Below are positions 40,630 through 54,198 of a stretch of DNA of 64,000 bases, in pieces; the stretch's first letter is position 1, and the number at the start of each line of letters is the position of its first letter. The stretch is from positions 43,338,001 to 43,402,000 of the forward strand of contig NC_135902.1 in the NCBI RefSeq assembly GCF_964194155.1, in the 5' to 3' direction. Below the pieces are notes generated by a model. That model was not told where the DNA came from. It worked only from the letters and a program-made list of their open reading frames with translations, and made no database searches. A program made the position numbers and the translations under genes. The DNA comes from Cetorhinus maximus (taxonomy: Eukaryota).

Positions 40630-41443
40630 TTTATTTATTCATGGAACGTGGCCATCGCTGGCTAGGCCAACATTTATTGCCCACCTCTAATTGCCCGTGA
40701 GAAGGTGGTGGTGAGCTGCCTTCTTGAACTGCTGCAGGCCATGTAGTGTAGATACATCCATAGTGCTATTAGGGAGGGACTTCCAGGATTTTGACCCAGC
40801 GACAGTGAAGGAACAGTGATATATTTCCAAGGTAGGATGGTGAGTGGCTTGGAGGGAAACCTCCAGGTGGTGGTGTTCCCATGTGTCTGCTGCCTTTGTC
40901 CTTCTAGATGGTAGTGGTCATGGGTTTGGAAGGTGCTGTCTAAGGAGTCTTGGTGAGTTCCTGCAGTGCATCTTGTAGATGGTACACACTGCTGCCACTG
41001 TGCATCAGTGGTGAAGGGAGTGAATATTTATGGATGGGGTGCCTATCAAGTGCGCCGCTTTGTACTGAATGGTGTCAAGTTTCTTGAGTGTGTTGGAGCT
41101 GCACTCACCCAGGCAAGTGGAGAGTATTCCATCACACTCCTGACTTGTGCCTTGTAGATGGCGGACAGGCTTTGGGGAGTCAGGAGGTGAGTTACTCACT
41201 GCAGGTTTCCTAGCCTCTGACCTGCTCTTGTAGCCACAGTATTTTTATGGTGAGTTCAGTTCCTGGTCAATGGTAACCCCAAGGATGTTGATAACGGGGG
41301 GGGTTCAGTGGTGGTAATGCCATTGAATGTCAAGGGGCGATGGTTAGATTCTCTCTTGTTGGAGATGGTCATTGCCTGGCACTTGTGTGGCGTGAATGTT
41401 ACTTGCCACTTGCCAGCCCAAGCCTGGATATTGTCCAGGTCCA
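40630..41443 (-). mobile_element. CR1 family A 5'-truncated copy
   Basis: High similarity to 37735-38545. Encodes DLDNIQAWAGKWQVTFTPHKCQ. Confidence 0.9.
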
Positions 41444-43079
41444 AGATTTGACCACCAGCCCTAATATCTCATGGTGCAACTCAGTGTTGACTTTTATTTT
41501 ATAACACTCCTGTGAAGTGCCTTAGGATGTTTTATTATATTGAAGGTGCTATATAAAAAAGTTGCTGTTGCTCATTAATCATTCATGCATTGCAGATGAA
41601 CTTGTTGAAAGAGCTACTTGCTGAAATGTCTTTATGTTTTGCTGTATTTCAACAGATCACTCCTTTGCCTTCTGACATTTACTTGACTATAAAAACAACC
41701 ATTGGAATCCTTTTGTTTCTGACAATTAAGATCTACATTTTCCCAACTGTGCTCATCTCCAGAAAGATAGTGAGACACAGGAGGAAACAGAAACAAGGCA
41801 AGTAAAATATTTTTAAGCTGGCTTTTATTCAGATAAGTAGGCATGTAGATTAGGCAGAAATATAGTAACTGTGGTGAAGAAGAGGAAATGCAAGGGTAGG
41901 CAGGGGAATATTCTGAGCACCAGAAGCAAGTTGATTACATTTTATTTTGACAATGCTTGCCACTTTTTTCTTTCTACCCCCACCCCCATTCTTCTCCTAA
42001 GTGCTGGAAAGATATAACTGATCAATTGTCATTATTCTCCACTACCACATCCAAGCCTCCATCTTGTTTTTGTATGAACTTAAGCAGTGAGCGGTAAAAG
42101 GATATCCACTATGGCTAAGGCATCATGGTCGTGCCTCATCCTGTCCAGACATTAATGCTGAGGGGGAGAAATCGGGGCCAGCTCGTACCTCCCTGACTCT
42201 GGGCCGCAGACTCCTCTTATTGCAGCTTCACTGCCACCACTGCTTTCAGCTACCCCAGCACAATATTTTAAATTGTCTTGATTGACTGAGCAAATGGCAA
42301 AACTAACATTTTTAAATTAATATTTAAGACCTACAAATAATTTTACATGTCCCTTAATCTTTACCATGTCCAGCATAACTTGAACACAACGTTGTTCCTG
42401 TAAATATTTCCAATGTTCCAGCAGTGCCTACTGTTTACAAAGTTCTTCATTGACTGAGAAATGCTATGAGACACCCTGAAGTCATGAGTACAAGTACTAT
42501 CTTTTCTTATACGGACAGCTCTTCTCAGTGATCTTATTTGTCAGTCACCATTTTACATGTTGTTTCTTTCCTTTTGTAGCTATTCTTACCCCAGTTGGTG
42601 GAGAATATGTAAAGTATGTGTGAGGTGAACACTTCTCCTTTCTGTATCTGCTAAAGCTGCTATATTATATGTGGTGTGCACGGGTGAGTGTATTACAGTT
42701 CCCCTTTCCTATGGCACTATGCATTGCTGGCATTATAGGCTGCCCACCATATTCCCTTTCTAATCCAAAGGGCAGAAAACACCCACTGTCAAAGCACATG
42801 GTTCAAGTTAAAGCTGCTAGTCAGGTTTATTTATAAGGAATAGTTTATGAATCATTCTTCTGGAACAAACCTTTGCATATCAGGAGCAAACACTGAAATT
42901 CAGAAGTGGGAATTTCCCGGCTCGGCAAATATTGCTCACCCCCTCCCTTTCTCCACCGCCACATGCTTAAGTTTGTGTAGGTTTTGAGTGTGGAGTTGGT
43001 TTAACTTTTCCAGTTATGTTCATGTGGTTTCCATGACAAATGTGGAATTAGGAATAATTTTAGTGCACAGCGAATGCGA

Positions 43080-43325
43080 AGAATCTCATCACACTATTTT
43101 TGAAGAACACCAGGGGAGTTCTCCCTCATCTCCTGACCAATATTCATTCCTTAACCAATATTACTAAAAAATGGATGACCTGGTCATGCTCACATTGCTG
43201 TTTGTGGGATCTTGCTCTGTGTAAATTGGCACAAAATAGTACAGTACTTCATTGGCTGTAAAGCATTTTGGGATGTCCTGAGGTCATGAAAGATGCTATA
43301 CCTGTATAAGTGCAAACCCTTCTTT
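43080..43325 (+). mobile_element. Deu-SINE 3' half
   Basis: Core gaagaacaccaggggagttctcc and tail ttgggatgtcctgaggtcatgaaagatgctata. Confidence 0.7.
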
Positions 43326-44289
43326 ATCTAAAGATAAAGAGACTGTTGGAATTCCAATTACTACTTAGATGTTGTCAATGATCTGGTCTGTTAAACATGT
43401 ATTTTTCTAATATTGAGAAATTTATTGTGCATGTACATAGGGCATGCTGAACTCAGTGCCCAGCTTCCTGCTATTTGCTTGTGATATCCAACATTCTGCA
43501 TCAATAACATAAGTTACCCCGAAGCAAAGGAATGCAACCAGTAACCAATAACTCAATATTCAACTCGGACAGTAAGTAACCACTTCTGAAATAAATAATA
43601 AGGTCTAGAAACTAATGCCCATTTTGGAATTTTCTGATTGATCCTTTGATGAATTTAAGGAAGGCACCAAGGTCCTTGTAGCTTCTGCCACTGTCACAGC
43701 ATGAAATGTGAAAACAAATGGGGTCCTGGATAACAGGGAAAGCACTTATCTAACTGTAGAGTAGGAGTTTAGCACAACAAATTAAATAAATATTTTCCCA
43801 CTAGGCAGGTAATTGTGTTATTAATCCATTCTGCTATAATCTCGGCTGAGAATAGCAAACTAGCTGCCATTTGATGGGTTTCGAGTTTGCTTTTGGCATT
43901 TGCCATTCATTTTAAGTAGCTGGCTTGCTTTCAAATAGTCAAATTGGCTCAAATATGATTCCAAGAGCTTGTACCCATACATTTCAAAAGATAGAGGGAA
44001 TTTTTAATGCAATTAACTTGTAAAAAGAATTCCTTCAAGACAAACAATTATGCATAGAAGTGTAGATGTCTGTAGGCAATGTTTATGTATTTTCTTCTTC
44101 ACTGTAAAGAAAAATGAATATTTATTAAAGAATATCACTGACGGCAAAGATAGATAAGCACATGAAGGAGAAAGGACTGGATGGATAAGCAGATAGAGTT
44201 AGGTGAGGGGAGGCTCAGGTGGAGTATACATACAGGTATTGATCAGTAGGGCATGCGTCTGTGATGTAGATGCAATGAAGTATATTGTA

Positions 44290-44715
44290 ACACTCTTGTC
44301 TTTGAGTCAGAAGATTGCAGGTTCATGTCCAGAGATTTCAGCACAAAATTTAGACTGGCACTATAGGAGTAATGCACTGTTTGAGGCTTTGCCTTTCGGA
44401 TGAGACATTAAACCAAGGCCTTCTCTCTTAGGTGAAGTTTGAAGATCACATGGCACAGTTTTGAAGAGAAGCAGGGGAGTTATCCCCAATGTGTCAATAT
44501 TTATCCCTTAATCAACATGACAAAAACAGACTATCTGGTCATTATCACGTTCTCCAGTTTAACAACTAGCTGCTTGCTGTGTGAAGATTGGCTGCCATGA
44601 TCCCTACATTACAATAGCGACTACACTTCAAAAGTGCTGCATTGGCTGTAATATGCTTAGGGATGTCCTGGGGTTGTGCGAGGTTCTATGTAAATGCAAA
44701 TCTTTCTTTTTTTCT
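44290..44715 (+). mobile_element. Deu-domain tRNA-SINE, nearly full length
   Basis: Head (gagtcagaagattgcaggttcatgtcc), core and L2-type tail as in 2129-2545. Confidence 0.78.
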
Positions 44716-46119
44716 TCCATGTTAATGTGCAGTGGGGTTAGTTTTCACCTTCATGAGCTGATTGGTAATCTAGGAGGTGTGGATCTTCCAAGCATTTGAG
44801 AAGCCCCTGATTTTCATTCTCTTGAAATCAATGCAAGCGAAGTTGGCTGGGTTCTATAATGAGTAGCCTTCTCCTCCACCAGATTAGCAGCCGGGCGACA
44901 AGGACAAATATTTACCTCATTTTACCCTGAAGGCTTACTTAAAATATTGGAACCTTTATTATTTGAGGCATGACTGAAGGGATTGAAATGCTTCAATAAT
45001 TGGAACCAACAACATGCATGTGAGATCTTCTGCCTATACAGTAGTACTAATGCGTTTCTCAATTCTGGAAAAGTACATGTTTAATGGACCAGAACATTGA
45101 AAACAACATCCAAGAAGTAACTGGAACAATCAGCGCCTCCAACAGTTCCCTTCAGCAAACTTTAATGCAAAATATACAAGGAGGAATTGTTCCCAATTTC
45201 ATATTTGTTATAAAAATAGAGTGGCCATGGCAGGAAAGGTAAAATGTGCTCAACACTACAGCAGTAACTCCCCAGACTGTAGGTTTATCCAGTGAGTAGC
45301 TGAACAGTTCAAGAAGGACTGATCTACATTCTATGTTGTTAGATGATCATCCAGATGGTGGTAGGGGCATTTGAATTGGTTTCAGAGCACTTGGGCTAGG
45401 AAGGAACAAATTGGCCAGGATTTCCGCTCTGATCACTATCCAATGAAGTGCGTGTGGCCAGAAAAGGGAAAATATACAGCAATGACTTCCCTAAAAAAAT
45501 GAGTACGAGGCCTAAGCTGTGAAAGTAATCTTTGAGAAATGGCTAGACAGGTTCCAGATGTCTTTTGTGTGACACATTCTTGGACTAATGAGAAAGCAAC
45601 AACTCCAAGACAAAGATGTTCAATAAGCCCAGTGCAGTCTTTTAAAAAATAAATAACTTGACTAAGGTGGTGGGGACACATCTGAAAGGATATATGCTAA
45701 TAAGAAGTGTAATATAGAAACTCAATTTCAAAGCATGGATTTCAAGAGGGGACTAGCGATTATCTTGATGAGAGATATTGACTTGGGCATAGACTACCAG
45801 ACCAGGGACAAGTTGCGCATTAAAACTGTAGTGAACAACTGCCTCTGATACATTGACCTTAACAAATACATTATTAGAGTAAAGAAAGCTCTTCATTAAC
45901 ATACAATGCATACACATTTTTTGCGTACTGAATGCCTTTGAAATGCAGTGATGTGCTATGTCAGTGAATATGACAGCCATTTAGCACAGTATGATCCCAC
46001 AAACAGGAATGAACGAATGACCTGTTAGTCTTTTCTTGGGGGGTGACGGTTGAAGTAAGACCAGACTTTTCATAGTAACAGTGTAACTGCTTACCCAAAG
46101 TAGATGTTTAAGGAAGAGT

Positions 46120-46490
46120 AAAGTCATGCAGCTATCATATTAGGGTATTATTAAACATAAATAAAGTGCCAGTAATGAAGCCATCACGGACAAAGTCACA
46201 CTACCAAAGAAGAGGTGCTAGTAAAATCTGAGACCAGAAGAACTCTGCTGACCAGGATCAGGAAGCGACAGTTGGAATTTCTTGGGCACATAATAAGAAA
46301 TCATGATTTAGAAAGTCTGATGCTGATGTGAAAGATCGATGGTAAAAGAGATCGAGGTAGGCAAAGAACGATCTTTCTAAAGACCCTGACAAACTAGATG
46401 AATGTACCACCAACAAAGATGATCCACACCTCCAGAGCAAGATTAACATGGAGTCTGTGGCTGCCAACACCCTTTTAGGGCATAGTATCT
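46120..46490 (+). mobile_element. RTE (BovB-like) LINE 3' fragment
   Basis: EEVL...RTLLTRIRKRQLEFLGHIIR...KIDGKRDRGRQR, a typical RTE ORF C-terminus. Confidence 0.75.
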
Positions 46491-47315
46491 GAAAAGAGAG
46501 AGAGAATGACAGTGCGTAGTACTTTATATACATAGTTCAAATTGATTATTAGTATTTGTTACTACACATTAATAAGTGAACTATTAATAATTGCTCCTTC
46601 AATGCATCTAGCAAGAATATGGTGATTCGGCTATAGATAATAACATTGAAAATGGTCAATAGTCACTATAATTTCTGTGAGTTCGCAGCCACAGATTAAA
46701 ATGAGCAATCTCCTATTGTTAAAGGTTGCGATTCATCCACAGTTTAATGTTAATGGCAACAGATGGTCAAATCATTCCTTTGGCTGACTAAGCCAAATTT
46801 GGGCCCAAATGGCCCAACTTCAAGCTGGCTGAACCTTTTAAACTGTACATCGGGGTAGATGTCAACAAGTCATCGCAAATATGATATATATTTAAAAGGA
46901 AGTGGCTGGTTTTTATCAAGAAACTGGAGTTTAAAGCAGGACATCTGGCCGAGGAAATTACTTTCTGTCACACGTGGGTTATTAGGAAATAGGAACAAAA
47001 TGAAGCCTATTACCTTCTGCAGGCTATTGAGGTTACAACAATAGGCAATTTCCTCTTTAACTAATAACTGTTATTGTTACCTTCCTATGATTTGGTATTA
47101 ACAATATGCATTCAAACTGCAAAGGATTAGCAGAAAATGGATAGCATGGGATTTTGGAAGGTAACTAGATTGTTTGTCAAAGTTATTTGCCATTGTCCGT
47201 AGTGAGTCCATATTTTAGCTAGTTAAAACATCTGGTTTGTTTGTTTTAAAATGTCCTTTCCTCAGTACTGCTGAAGCACAGGAGTGAAACATTGAGAACT
47301 AAACTCCATTCCTGT

Positions 47316-47675
47316 GTAAAAGCAAAATACTGTGGATGCTGGAAATCTGAAGCAAAAACATAAAATGCTGGAAAAATTCAACGGGTCTAACAGCACCTGT
47401 GGAGAGAGCAACAGAGTTAACGTTTTGAGTACGTATGACCCTTCTTTAGCGTAATACATAACAATATATCTTAAAAGTAATCTATCCGTACCAATGATGT
47501 CAAGCAAACATACAATGGCAACTGCATTGCTCTGCCCTGACTCCTCTCTTCAATCTGAAATAAAAACAGAAAATACAGGAAATACTCAGCCGGCCTGGCA
47601 GCATCTGTGAAGAGAGAAACAAAGTTAGTGTTAGACAGAGTTAATGTTTCAGGTCAATGACCTTTTGTCAGAACT
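47316..47675 (-). mobile_element. Two Penelope-like terminal fragments (47316-47450, 47555-47675) with degenerate hammerhead cores
   Basis: aaagcaaaatactgtggatgctggaaatctga motif. Minus-strand CTGACAA-AAGGTCA-T-TGACCT-GAAA at 47671-47647. Confidence 0.65.
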
Positions 47676-49489
47676 AATAAAGGGCAGGGAGGAGAGATTA
47701 TGGGGTGGGATGAGATCAGGGGGAGGCAAGGGATCAGAGGAGGGGAGAAATCAAGGGAGCGGAGAGATCGTGAGGATCGATTGATGAGTCGAGCAAAAAG
47801 GCTTCGGGGAGAGATCAAGGGAGCAGAGAGACCACGGGCAGAGTGGAGGGATGGGAGGTTGGGAGAGATCATGGGAGAGCGGGAAGATGAGGGGAGTGGA
47901 GAGATTGTGGGTGGGTGCTAGGGGTTAGTGGGGCTAGATCAGGCATCGGAGATCTTGGAGATGGGGGTCTGGACAGATCACGGGCATGTGTTTTACTGGC
48001 TAGCTAATTGGGCCTGATGGTAACACTCCTGCTCCTCCAGGTCCACAAGCAATGCTATAAAGGCATTTACCTTGTGGATTCAGTCCTGTGTGCTGCCTTT
48101 CACCTGCTAGGTTTCCCAAGGACAGGGAAACCCAGACAATATGGTTTATGAAAATAAATCCTGTTAAATTGGAGATACACAGCCTCCTGAATCAGTTTTA
48201 CCAACTGACTGGCTCTTGAGAGTGGATTGGTTGCCTACTATGCAACCCACCTCCATTAAAACCAGATGCTTTTGGTGGGTGAGAGATGGTTTGGGCTCCG
48301 TTTTGAAGTTTTTAATATTTCAAATTTCCACCCGACCCAAACATATCCATTTTTGGAAGTTAAAATGACCGCAAATGTTTAGGTCAACGATCTTCCATCA
48401 GCAATGTTCATTATAAAAATTTCTTCATTGTTTCTGTGGAACATTAATTCCTGCCTTGCAAAACATGTACTTGGAATATTTTGGAATACGGTTCAGTAAG
48501 TTTAATATGCAATTTGTTGGTCTACTGGTAAGATACAGGACACCTTATGCAGCTGTACAAATGAGCAGCACTAAAGGGACTGGGTGGAAAAATATATTGT
48601 CAGCTATATTAGATCTGTGGGGTACAGCAGGATAATTTTATGAGATTTGGACTGGCTCAGAAACAATGGACCAGAACAAAGGTTGAAGCAATGGAATTGT
48701 GCAGTGGTGTTCTCAGTCCTGTACCTAGAAGGATTTTGAATTTCTGCTGTGAATGTTTATTCATATGGTTGCATCATCTCAAATAATAACTGCCCTCATG
48801 GGTTGAATGTTCGCCTGTGTTTGACTCCAGGAAAAAAAACACTGGATGACTGCACCAATCTCCTTTTAGAACAGTTGGAATGTCATTGCCTATAATCATG
48901 TTTGCTTTGACACTTGTTATTTAGATGTCCATCTTCTTTGGTATCCTGGAAAGTTAAAATATCATTAAAATATAAAGCAGTGGTCCTTGCTCCTGAATAG
49001 AACATAAAAGCTATGCCTGAGATTTCTGAATGACACTCTTTCAATAGTTTGACAAGGTCATGTCATTTCAGGTAAATGAAAATCCACTACCCAGATTGAA
49101 GCCGGACTATGAAGATTAAAAAACAGATTTACCTAAGTCATAATGTCCTCCAGAGCATGCAAAATCTCTAATCTTTTTAATTTTCTTGAGATATTTGTTA
49201 TTTTATCATACTGTTATGTGTCACCAGTCAGTTCAGATAAGCTTTATACTTTGTAACATTTGCCAAGTTTTAGATTGGGAAAATTATAAGTGAGTCTTAG
49301 CCCATGATCAACCTGTCTTAATATGTCTTTATGCAGCTCACTGTCAACGTTTGTCTAATACCACGCTTTAGAATGGCTTTTACTAAATTAAATGTGCTAC
49401 AAAATGCAAGTTGTTGTTTTTAGTGGTGGAGGAACTAACATGAATCACTAAGCACGAAGGACTTAGGTTTAACTTACAAGAACTTTTAA

Positions 49490-49683
49490 AAAATTTGTCC
49501 ATGGGATGCAGGCATTGCTGGCTAGACCAACATTAATTGCCCTTGAGAAGGTGGTGGTGAGCTGCCTTCTTGAATCGCTGCAGTCCATATAGCGTAGGTA
49601 CACCCACAGTACCATTAGGAAGAGAGTTCGGGGATTTTGACCCAGCGAAAGTGAAAGAACGGCAATATATTTCCAAGTCGGGT
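49490..49683 (-). mobile_element. CR1 family A 3' tail
   Basis: Same sequence as 40630-40840. Confidence 0.8.
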
Positions 49684-50854
49684 CTTACTTGGTCAAGAAA
49701 TGGGTGTCATTATTTTACCAAATAAAGATGGATATGTAATAAAGCTATGTGATGCCAACATAATTTCAAGATAATAAAAGTTGGGAAAAAGAGTAAGTAA
49801 AATAACGGAGGGGCAATGTTCAACTACCCTCATCTGTTTCTTGCCTGAAAGACAGATGATCAGTAGACACAAGGCTTTCTTTTCTTTAATTCCTAGTTAG
49901 GAGAATCCGGGTCTAAGGTGAGAAAAACAAGCTATGCAAAGCTCCAAAGGCCCCAATACACAAGATTGGGGGTCAAGAAAATAAATTATCCCTGTTGTTC
50001 ATGTCATTATTTCCAAACCAAACCTTATGCACCACAAATACTAAAATGCATGTTTCCCTTGCCAGGATAGGGTATGATGAACTTTCATTGTTAGGTCATA
50101 GGACAGAAATTAAGACAATGACACTGCCTACAGAAAAACTCAAGCATATAGAATAACAATTTCAGAATTTTTACGGATTGAATTAAATTCTCTAAATATT
50201 AAGCAAAGCTTTATGTTAACACGGAATTGTTTCACCGGGTTGCATGACGTTGTGGAAGTAAAATTACAATCCCATCGATATGAAAAAGCAGTCAATTTCG
50301 GCTTTTACTGTGGGTATGTACATAATAACATTTTACTACTTGATCACAGGACAGAACAAATTCAGTCACGTTGCTTTTAGAAGCTTGTTTATTTCCCAGT
50401 GAACTGAGTCACAAATGTGTTGGAATATTCCAAATTCTTTGCATACTTATTCTGTTTTGAATGTCTTCTTTATTCATGATTTTTGCTATCGGTTTAAAAA
50501 AATCAAATCCTTTAATAGACTTTTAATATTCAGACCACTTTCTCTACACTTTTACAAAGTCCCATGATAAGGACTCGCACCTAAAGTTTGAAATTTGCAA
50601 ACATATACTCCAGAAGCCTCTTGCATGAAGCCTGGCATACATAGTCACACGCACACACACACCAATTCCTTTCAGGGTTCTTGTGACTATTGTTAACTTT
50701 CTCCTTCAATGTTGCCAATTATCAATCTTCACTATCACCGCTTAATCATCTTTTAAATCCACTTTCAAAGGGCCTCAGTTTAACAATTCATCCAAAAGAT
50801 ACACACCCAATTATAATGCACTCCCTAGGTACTAGCCTTGATCTTTGCACTTAA

Positions 50855-50998
50855 TTCTTTCGAGTTATCAACAGTCACAGATTGCAACTCTTTTGAGTAC
50901 AATCACAGTTCTTGATTTCCAGGAGTGGGCCATGAACCCACAACCTTCTGATTCAAAGGCAAGGGTGCTATGGACTGAGCCACAGCTGACACCTCAAT
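50855..50998 (-). mobile_element. Short tRNA-headed SINE with ACTCGAAAGAGT-type tail (copy A)
   Basis: 14-bp TSD ATCTTTGC(A/G)CTTAA (50841-50854, 50999-51012). Near-identical to the 57270, 57412, 58323 and 62615 copies. Sits inside an older Deu-SINE head. Confidence 0.88.
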
Positions 50999-51425
50999 AT
51001 CTTTGCGCTTAAGTAGAACTTGAATCCACAACCTTCTAATAGAGAAGCAAGAGTGCTTCCAACTGAGCCACTGCAAACATGACAGTAATTACAACACCTC
51101 TGACACTTCAAACCTGTGAAGTTTCACACCCTCAATAGAAAAGAATTTTAAGAAAAGCCAAATGTATGCTGACATCAATACGTTTGCATGGTGTTCATGT
51201 TAATTGGTTTGCTATTTCGTACTGTGCTCCTGAACATGTGATATTTTACAGCAACTGCATTAGAATATGTTGGAAAATATTAGTAATGACTACCATGGAT
51301 TTATGCTCTGATTTGATGACAGTGATTGACAGTCCATAAATTATTCTGAAACAAAATGCAATTGCTTAGTGTGGAGCAAATTATTGCAAACTGCCATCTT
51401 AATACTCCTTGACATCATCATCATG

Positions 51426-52523
51426 TGTTAGGACCGGCCGCTGGGTGAGGTTTCTCCAATTTGTTGAGATCCCGGTTGAGGTACCCCAAATTGTTTTGCT
51501 CCAGGGTGAGGAGGGATGAATTGGCTCCCTTTCGTTATTCAACCCCTTGGTTGGTCACAACAAGGTTAATTTAAAAAGGATCCCTTCCCTCGTAGATACG
51601 TTTTCCCAGTCCAAATGTATTTATGTTTCAAAAGGAGCCAATTTAACCAGGCTTTCTTGAGTCAAAGAAAGAGTGAGATTTTTAGTTATTAAGCACAAGG
51701 AAAAATAATTTACAAAAAGCAACACACATACACACAGATTAGAAATGAGAAATTGAGTCTAAAAACAAAAGTTTAAAAAATATACGAATCAGTCCTTAGG
51801 CTTGACGGTGGGGAGTAGATGGTGAAACGTTGTAGCTGTTAAGTTGGGGTGATTCCAGTAGCGCTGACTTTGGCAGTTGAGCAGTTGATTTGGAGATTCT
51901 TGGTTCTGCAGGTTAGCTGAAAGGAGTTGTCCTGTTTCCTTTTTGACTGTGACTTTGCTGACTTGTGACTTGCTTTGAGCAATCAGAGAGAGGACCTACT
52001 TACCTCCAAGTGCAGGGATTCCCAGTTGGTGTTCTTCAGCTGTGACCTTCACAGCATAACACATATGAACAGAATACCAGACTAAGACAGAGAATGAGGG
52101 TTGCAGTTGGCTTTTTTAAACCCCTTTCTTTGTGTATTCCTGGAAGGGAAAAATAAACATGCCTTTCGCCCAGAAATGTTTTCTTTTCAACTCAGTTCAT
52201 GTTCACAGTCTGGGATATAACTCAACAGGAGGTGGTTTCAGCTGAGATGGTAATCATTTTCCATTATCTCCACAACCACAGGAGATTACAGTTCAGTTTG
52301 CGTTGTATTTTTTTTCTTTGAAGTGCCTCTGTGACCATGCCATACCTTTCAGATGTGACATTCTGTTCTTTCTAAACTAGTTGGCCAAGCAATCCACATA
52401 GAAATTTTCCAGCAAGTGGGTTCCTTACAGTCTCAGCCAACTTTTGCTTTAAAAAAAAAATGTCTCACTTTAAAGTTCAATATGTCCATAAGTAATTCGG
52501 GGATAGGACTCGTGGTCATGACA
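51426..52523 (-). mobile_element. Solo LTR, same family as 34032-35192
   Basis: Reverse-complement homology along its full length, TG...CA ends, 4-bp TSD CATG/CACG. Confidence 0.9.
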
Positions 52524-52874
52524 CACGTGTGTTCTTCCCAAAGGCAGGCTCTTAGCTCATTGTCAGCTGATGCTTCATCCTGAGCTGTTTTCTTGGCAGT
52601 TTTTTTGTCAGCCATCACCTTCCACTCTCATGGCCAGGGTGAGGAGACAGGTCTCAAGTCTACCTCAGCTGGAACAGGAATCAAACCCATGTTGTTGGTG
52701 TTATTCCGAAGCAGACGCTAACCAACTGAGCTAACTAGCCCCACATAGCTCTTTGAGATAACTAACTAATATTGAAGCTTTTCAAGATGCCTTGAGGAGA
52801 TGGTTAGTCAACTTGAATAGCAACAGTTTTTACAACTGACCAATCTGCTAAATGATTTCAGAAACCATTGAGAG

Positions 52875-53115
52875 TCAATCTTATGGTGTTGGACAGGGGT
52901 TGCCCAGATCAGGTAGCAGTGGCAACTCCCTTTCCCTGAAGAACATTAGTCATTTATTTAAATGTTATGGCAACCCAGCATATTTTCATGGTCACTTTTC
53001 CCTACTGCCAGCCCACAAGTTAATAGATTTATTGAATTCAGCTTTACAACATGTCATAGTGGGTTTCGAACTTATGACCTCTGTTGCTGCTAGTCTGGTA
53101 TCATAACAACTACAT
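52875..53115 (-). mobile_element. Old tRNA-headed element related to the 5' end of CR1 family A
   Basis: Minus strand aagttcgaaacccact...gaccatgaaa...ctaatgttcttcagggaaagg resembles 40490-40300. Confidence 0.5.
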
Positions 53116-54198
53116 TCCCTTGCCCTCAGGGACCATCTTTGGTGGCAAAATTCTATCTGGTTTGCCATGACATCTTTCTTTGGCTTGGAAGGGTTGGCTG
53201 GGTTACAACAAATTCAGCACTTGTGTGCAAGGCTGGTAATGCGATATTCAATCATTCGAGCCTTCAGTGCTGAAAGTTACAGTACAAATAGATTCCACAT
53301 ATCACATACAAGCTCATTAAACTACAAAACAAATGATCAAACAATTCACTTTATTCTTGTTCTAGAATTGCTTTCAACTATTTTCATTATTCCGTCTTTC
53401 AACACAGGACGTCAACTAGAAAGAGCTTTTCTCAGCCAATTATTTCTTAATTGCTTTTTTTTGAGTCCACCCCCTATATTCATTAAGATAAGATAAACAA
53501 ACAATAAGCTGATCCTAATCAGACCAGAGTGTATCATTGGGCTCCCTCAAATCCAGGCGTCTCCTATCTGCCGTTTCCCTCCCTTTGGCACCGACTTGGC
53601 ACCATTTCTTGCTCCCAAGCAAATGCTGCCAACAATCACTTTTCAATATTGCTACTCCATTCCAGGACTGCTATCAGCCTTTCTAAGGCCACTGCAGCCT
53701 ATATCATCCCTCCCACTCTCACCGGACACCTCTACCCATCTGCAGTAAACAAAAATGAGGACTTTTGAGATTCTTAAACAGTTTAATAAACATGACGGAT
53801 ATATTGCGTACTTCTGACTAAAACATATATAACCTGAGAATCAATCGCAGAAGAATGTACTCCCCTATCTAAATCACTGGCATTTGCCTATAATGTTTCC
53901 TGAGGAAAAAAATTAAGAGCAATTATTAAAACTGAAGGTAGATTTCAGTCTATGTGCTCCATTTGACTCTGTTCTCAAATGTAGTTAACACAGAATTACA
54001 TAGTATTGCAGTACAGAATCTGACCATTTATTCTAACTGGCCTATGCCAGTGTTTATGTTCCAAATGAGCTTTGGGCCACCTTACTTCAGCTCAGCCTAT
54101 CAAGATATCCTCCTATTCCGTTATTGGTCATGTACTTAATTAGCTTCCCCATAAATGCATCATTGCTATTCAGCTCAACCACTCTTTCTAGTAAGAAG

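Larger units (their letters stand above)
36905..41570 (+). mobile_element. L2 LINE RT and 3' end in three pieces (36905-37730, ~40500-40622, ~41445-41570)
   Basis: VTSGVSQGSILVPLLF...FHIYADDGQL RT motifs. The L2 tail ggatgttttattatattgaaggtgctata resumes after two CR1 insertions. Confidence 0.82.

Noticed and set aside
47690-47990. Arg/Gly/Glu-rich ORFs
   Set aside because: Purine-rich degenerate GGGAGAGATC-type repeats, probably inside a non-autonomous element.
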